Below, piece by piece: positions 60,307 to 64,000 of a DNA stretch of 64,000 nucleotides. The stretch is from Ignavibacteriota bacterium. GTDB taxonomy: Bacteria > Bacteroidota > Ignavibacteria > UBA10030. Positions within the stretch are counted from its first letter, which is position 1, and each line of letters opens with the position of its first letter. Position numbers and translations under genes: made by a program. Location of the stretch: NCBI GenBank assembly GCA_963769605.1, contig CAVYML010000009.1, forward strand, positions 12,579-76,578, read 5' to 3'. Under the pieces are notes generated by a model. The model ran no database searches. It was given only the letters and a program-made list of their open reading frames with translations, and had not been told where the DNA came from.

Positions 60307-62601
60307 ATGACTCGCAAATTCGATCCTGCAGCAGTATGGATATTCCTTTTCATAAACACATTATTTTCTATTTCTTCGTTTGCCGGGAATCATTCGAGCG
60401 GCTCCGATATTCAATTTCGGTGGACGAGTTCTGAATTCGGCGGCGGCGGTTATGTTACCGGAATACTGCAGCATCCCGATCATCCTGATATCCTTTATAT
60501 CAGAACCGATGTCGCGGGAGTTTTTAAGAGCGTTGACGGCGGTAAAAGCTGGAAGGCAATTAATAATGGAATGACCGAAGGATATCACCATAATGTAGAA
60601 TCTTTTGCCATGAGTTTAATGGATCCCGATGTTTTGTTCCGTGCTTCGGGCGAAGCTCGCGGTCATGTAATGGTCTCCGCGGTACACAAATCGAGCGACG
60701 GAGGAATGACCTGGAAACTTGTGACCGATAAACCAGACTTTTTCGGAAACGGAGCGATAAGATTTTATGGCGAGAAAATCGGCGTCGATCCCTTCGACCG
60801 AAGTTTTATTGCAGCAGCAAGCAATATGAAAGGAATCTGGATCAGTCATGATGAAGGCGAAACATGGAAGTATGCCGGGCTTCAAGGCGAGCCTTTCTGC
60901 TGTCTGGGGTTTCATCCATCTGTAAAAAATATGATCTATGCCGGAACGCTCGATTCTTTGCCGTTCGCAGCTTATTTATACCCGGACGGTTCATACAAAA
61001 GAGAAAAGATCGGCAGGCTTTACCGATCAACGACTATGGGTAAGTCATGGGACATCCTCTTTGAGAAAAAAGGAACAAGTTTTACAAATTTGGCATTCGA
61101 TAAAGATGATCCTGCTGCGATTCTCGCTGCATTCCGCAACGATGGGATCTACAAATCCACCGACGGCGGAAAAACATTCATCAAGAAAACAACATCTCTG
61201 GGAATGGCCGATTTTTCGACTCTCTCTTCCGATCCGAATAACAGCTCGGTTTTTTATGCAGCAGTCGGCCAGGGCCCGTCGCCGAATAACTATGCCGATA
61301 TTCCGATCTACGGATCGAATGACAAAGGCGAAACCTGGCACATCATCAAAAGGAATTATTCCTGGAACGACTTCAAACATTTTGCACCTCAATATCAACG
61401 GCCCGAGCAAATCGGCTGGGCGATTTCAAAATTTGTCGTTGATAACAAAATTCCGAATAAATTCTATCTGATGGATTGGTTCGGAATTTGTACGAGCGAA
61501 GACTCATGCCAGACGTGGGACGCTCATGAATTCAAAGGAATAGGAAATATTTGTCTTGAAATGATCACTGCCGATCCTGTTGTACCGGATAAAGTAATGT
61601 TTGCAGGTGCGGACGGCCAGCCTTGCATAAGCCGCGACGGGGGCAAGACATATTCGACTTTTCCCGCATTGGACGCGGCACAAAACTATTATTGCAGTAC
61701 TGTCATCTGCCCGTCTCAATTCAAAACAGGTCTTATGGTCTACGGCGTGACCAATAGTTCGGAACGTCTCAGCGCCATTTGCATAACGGAAGACGACGGT
61801 AAACACTGCAAAGTTGTCGTTCATCTGAAAAAAGGACTCTTTGTCCAAGCGATAAAAGAAGACCCTTTCCATAAAGGCGTGTTCTTCGCTTATATAGATG
61901 GTGTAGTCTATGACGGCGCAGGCCTGTATAAATCCGTCGATTGGGGCGGAACATGGGAAAAGATGAAACTTCCAATGCTCGACAACCTGAAGACATTGCC
62001 TGTACGAAAGGATTTTATCGAAAGCGAATTGCTGGCTGTAACGGCTTATCAGGTAAAAAATATTTGCGGAACAAATCAATTGTTATGCATTGATCCGATC
62101 CGGGAGAATACAATCTATTTCGGTGAAGCCAATAAAGGGATTTTCACAACATCCGACGGCGGAAAATCGTGGCGCGTCATCGGTGAAAGCCTGCCTTTTA
62201 GAAAGGACACCGCATCGATTCTCAATGTCATTAAAGCTGATCCAAAGAGGCCGGGCTGGCTTTATGCCGGTTTCATTCACGAGGGATTGTGGCGCAGCAA
62301 GGATTACGGAAAATCCTGGCAAAAGCTTTTCCCGTCGGATAATCGCATTTTTAATGCGAGCGCCGTTGCAGTCGGCGGTCGATCCGGCAATGAAGTTTAC
62401 GTGGCAAGCGAACCGCTCTACTGGTCGAGATCGGAATCTGCCGTCTATGCCAGTTTTGATAGCGGTCAGTCATGGACAAACATTTACGACAAAACGCTCG
62501 GCGCGCTTCGATGGAAAGGTATCGATGTCGATAATAAAACCGGAAACCTGTACGGCGTTACCAACGGCAATTCGGCTTTTTATTCGGAGAGAATCAAATA
62601 A
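60307..62601 (+). CDS. BNR/Asp-box repeat glycoside hydrolase (GH74-like)
   Basis: Multiple S-x-D-G-G-x-T/S-W Asp-box repeats across two beta-propeller halves; signal peptide. Confidence 0.75.
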   Translation: MTRKFDPAAVWIFLFINTLFSISSFAGNHSSGSDIQFRWTSSEFGGGGYVTGILQHPDHPDILYIRTDVAGVFKSVDGGKSWKAINNGMTEGYHHNVESFAMSLMDPDVLFRASGEARGHVMVSAVHKSSDGGMTWKLVTDKPDFFGNGAIRFYGEKIGVDPFDRSFIAAASNMKGIWISHDEGETWKYAGLQGEPFCCLGFHPSVKNMIYAGTLDSLPFAAYLYPDGSYKREKIGRLYRSTTMGKSWDILFEKKGTSFTNLAFDKDDPAAILAAFRNDGIYKSTDGGKTFIKKTTSLGMADFSTLSSDPNNSSVFYAAVGQGPSPNNYADIPIYGSNDKGETWHIIKRNYSWNDFKHFAPQYQRPEQIGWAISKFVVDNKIPNKFYLMDWFGICTSEDSCQTWDAHEFKGIGNICLEMITADPVVPDKVMFAGADGQPCISRDGGKTYSTFPALDAAQNYYCSTVICPSQFKTGLMVYGVTNSSERLSAICITEDDGKHCKVVVHLKKGLFVQAIKEDPFHKGVFFAYIDGVVYDGAGLYKSVDWGGTWEKMKLPMLDNLKTLPVRKDFIESELLAVTAYQVKNICGTNQLLCIDPIRENTIYFGEANKGIFTTSDGGKSWRVIGESLPFRKDTASILNVIKADPKRPGWLYAGFIHEGLWRSKDYGKSWQKLFPSDNRIFNASAVAVGGRSGNEVYVASEPLYWSRSESAVYASFDSGQSWTNIYDKTLGALRWKGIDVDNKTGNLYGVTNGNSAFYSERIK

Positions 62602-62746
62602 GCACGAGAACAATATCGCTCGTATAAACGGATCGGTTCATGGATAAGTTCTCTTCCGTACCGTGAAGTATTCTTTTATCCGGAAGACAATGACAAAGAA
62701 TTTAACAAAGGCAGTTATGAAAAACGAATTCATTCTTTTTACGTTT

Positions 62747-64000
62747 ATGTTTTTTTCGCCGGCACATTATGTGCGAAAGCTTTCAACGACAGCGCTTCCA
62801 CCGTGGTTGTTTATCCTGCCCCGCCGGGTTTAACGACAAGCGGCATCTATTCGCTTAAAGCAAATAATCGGGATATCTGGACGGAAAAATTCCGGACAAC
62901 TATGGATATCGACAAGTTTCCGGATTGGTTTTTAGAGCTTTACACACGGGTTCAGCAAGAAGTTCATCAAGCGAGTTTTTCCTGCGATGGTAAAGTACAG
63001 ATTTCCATACGTGTTCCCAGCGCGATTAAAAACGTCATCATTCACCCGGCGAGCCGCGGAATACAACCGCAGGTGAACGGCAATATATTGACCTTCACCC
63101 TCCCCGGACCCGATAAAATATATATCGAAATTGACAGCCTTCCTCCCCTCTTTGTTTTTGCCGATCCTCTTGAACATGAAAATATTTCTCCGAACGGTCC
63201 GGGTGTTCATTATTTCGGTCCCGGTGTCCACCGGCCGGGGTATATCACATTGAAGGACAACGAGACGGTGTACATAGCGGCAGGTGCGATTGTCTACGGA
63301 GGTATTCGTGCAAATGGAGTTCATAATATCCGGGTTGCAGGCCGCGGTATTCTCGACGGCGGTTTTGAGTTCAAACAAATGGTGCTGGTTGAAAATTGTA
63401 AAGACGTCCTTTTCGAAGACGTGATGATTCGCAACGGTGACGGATGGACGAATACGCTTGTCAATTGCGACATGCTGCGTTACGACAATGTAAAGGTGTT
63501 AAGTTTCGGCCCCGGCGGAGATGGAATCGACCCTCTCGGTTCGAAAAAAATTGTAATCTCCAGCTGCTTCTTCCGCTGCACCGACGATTGTATCGCAATC
63601 AAAGCTCCGGCACGGGATCAAATTGTCGACGACGTAGTAGTTTCCGATAATACAATGATCGGCTTTGCTTTCAGCGACGGAGTTACGATTGGTTTTGAAA
63701 CCAATGCAGTTTCCATCAGCAATATCACTGTTCGTAATTGCGATGTGATACTTGCACGCGGGGGCAGCCGCGTTGAAGGGCACAGCGGGTTCAGCATCAT
63801 TTGCGACGGACCGGCTGTTATCGACAATGTTCTGTATGATAACATACGGGTTGAGAAATCAGAAATAAAGCTGTTCGAACTGCAAATAACCGACGGCACT
63901 AAATACGGATCAGGCCCTCCCGGACACATCAAGAACATTACACTGAAGAATATTTCGTGGGCGCACGAAGGTCCTCTTATTCTTAAAGGATTTGACGAGA
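62747..64000 (+). pseudogene. Right-handed beta-helix glycoside hydrolase (GH28/GH49-like), 3' partial, with apparent frameshift in a T7 run (62750..62756)
   Basis: ATG at 62747 opens MFFSPAHYV...* in frame 2 and stops after 18 codons (the upstream ATG at 62717, MKNEFILFTF, is in frame 3 and stops after 3 codons). Frame 1 reads FFAGTLCAKAFNDSASTVVVYPAPPGL... to the window end. One extra T in the run gives a signal peptide MFFFAGTLCA-KA joined to the hydrolase. Confidence 0.7.

Overview
This 64-kb window reads as a chromosomal segment from a Gram-negative bacterium of the Bacteroidota/Ignavibacteriota (FCB-group) type: TonB-dependent receptors paired with DUF4249 lipoproteins, a FecR anti-sigma plus STN-domain receptor, many lipoproteins, glycoside hydrolases and moderate GC. 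I identified roughly 60 protein-coding genes and no rRNA, tRNA or CRISPR. Recognisable content is a metal-homeostasis neighbourhood (ZnuAB-type ABC importer, ZIP/ZupT, CDF, Cu/Zn SodC, cupin, pirin, two TonB-dependent receptors each preceded by a small His/Cys-rich periplasmic protein), a fluoride-riboswitch operon (crcB, DUF190, then enolase), housekeeping or stress genes (two DoxX, two DinB, YgiQ radical SAM, lipocalin, YgiD dioxygenase, ECF sigma) and a carbohydrate block (serpin, FecR/TBDR, GH27, PMI-like, MFS, GH74-like, beta-helix GH). Mobile and repeat content is rich: an intact IS1634-family element inserted into an outer-membrane barrel gene with an 18-bp target duplication, a REP-associated tyrosine transposase flanked by GTAG/CTAC REP palindromes with a second REP family elsewhere, a MITE-like element with 16-bp terminal inverted repeats, and a family of degenerate decamer tandem repeats (about AATCTGCGTA) at five promoter regions, two of which flank the pirin gene as ~90-bp direct repeats. 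Several genes carry apparent frameshifts, three of them in homopolymer runs (cupin, CDF upstream region, beta-helix GH), or lack canonical starts (sodC, manA, CDF, cupin, beta-helix GH), which suggests either indel-type sequencing error or real pseudogenisation. A ~900-bp gene-poor region (45.6-46.5 kb) has a near-consensus sigma70-type promoter feeding a ~450-nt leader, a 48-aa ORF and a 94-aa protein built of four tandem 16-aa repeats. I could not recognise any complete defence or secretion system; the decamer-repeat regulon and the repeat-protein locus are the most unexplained features.
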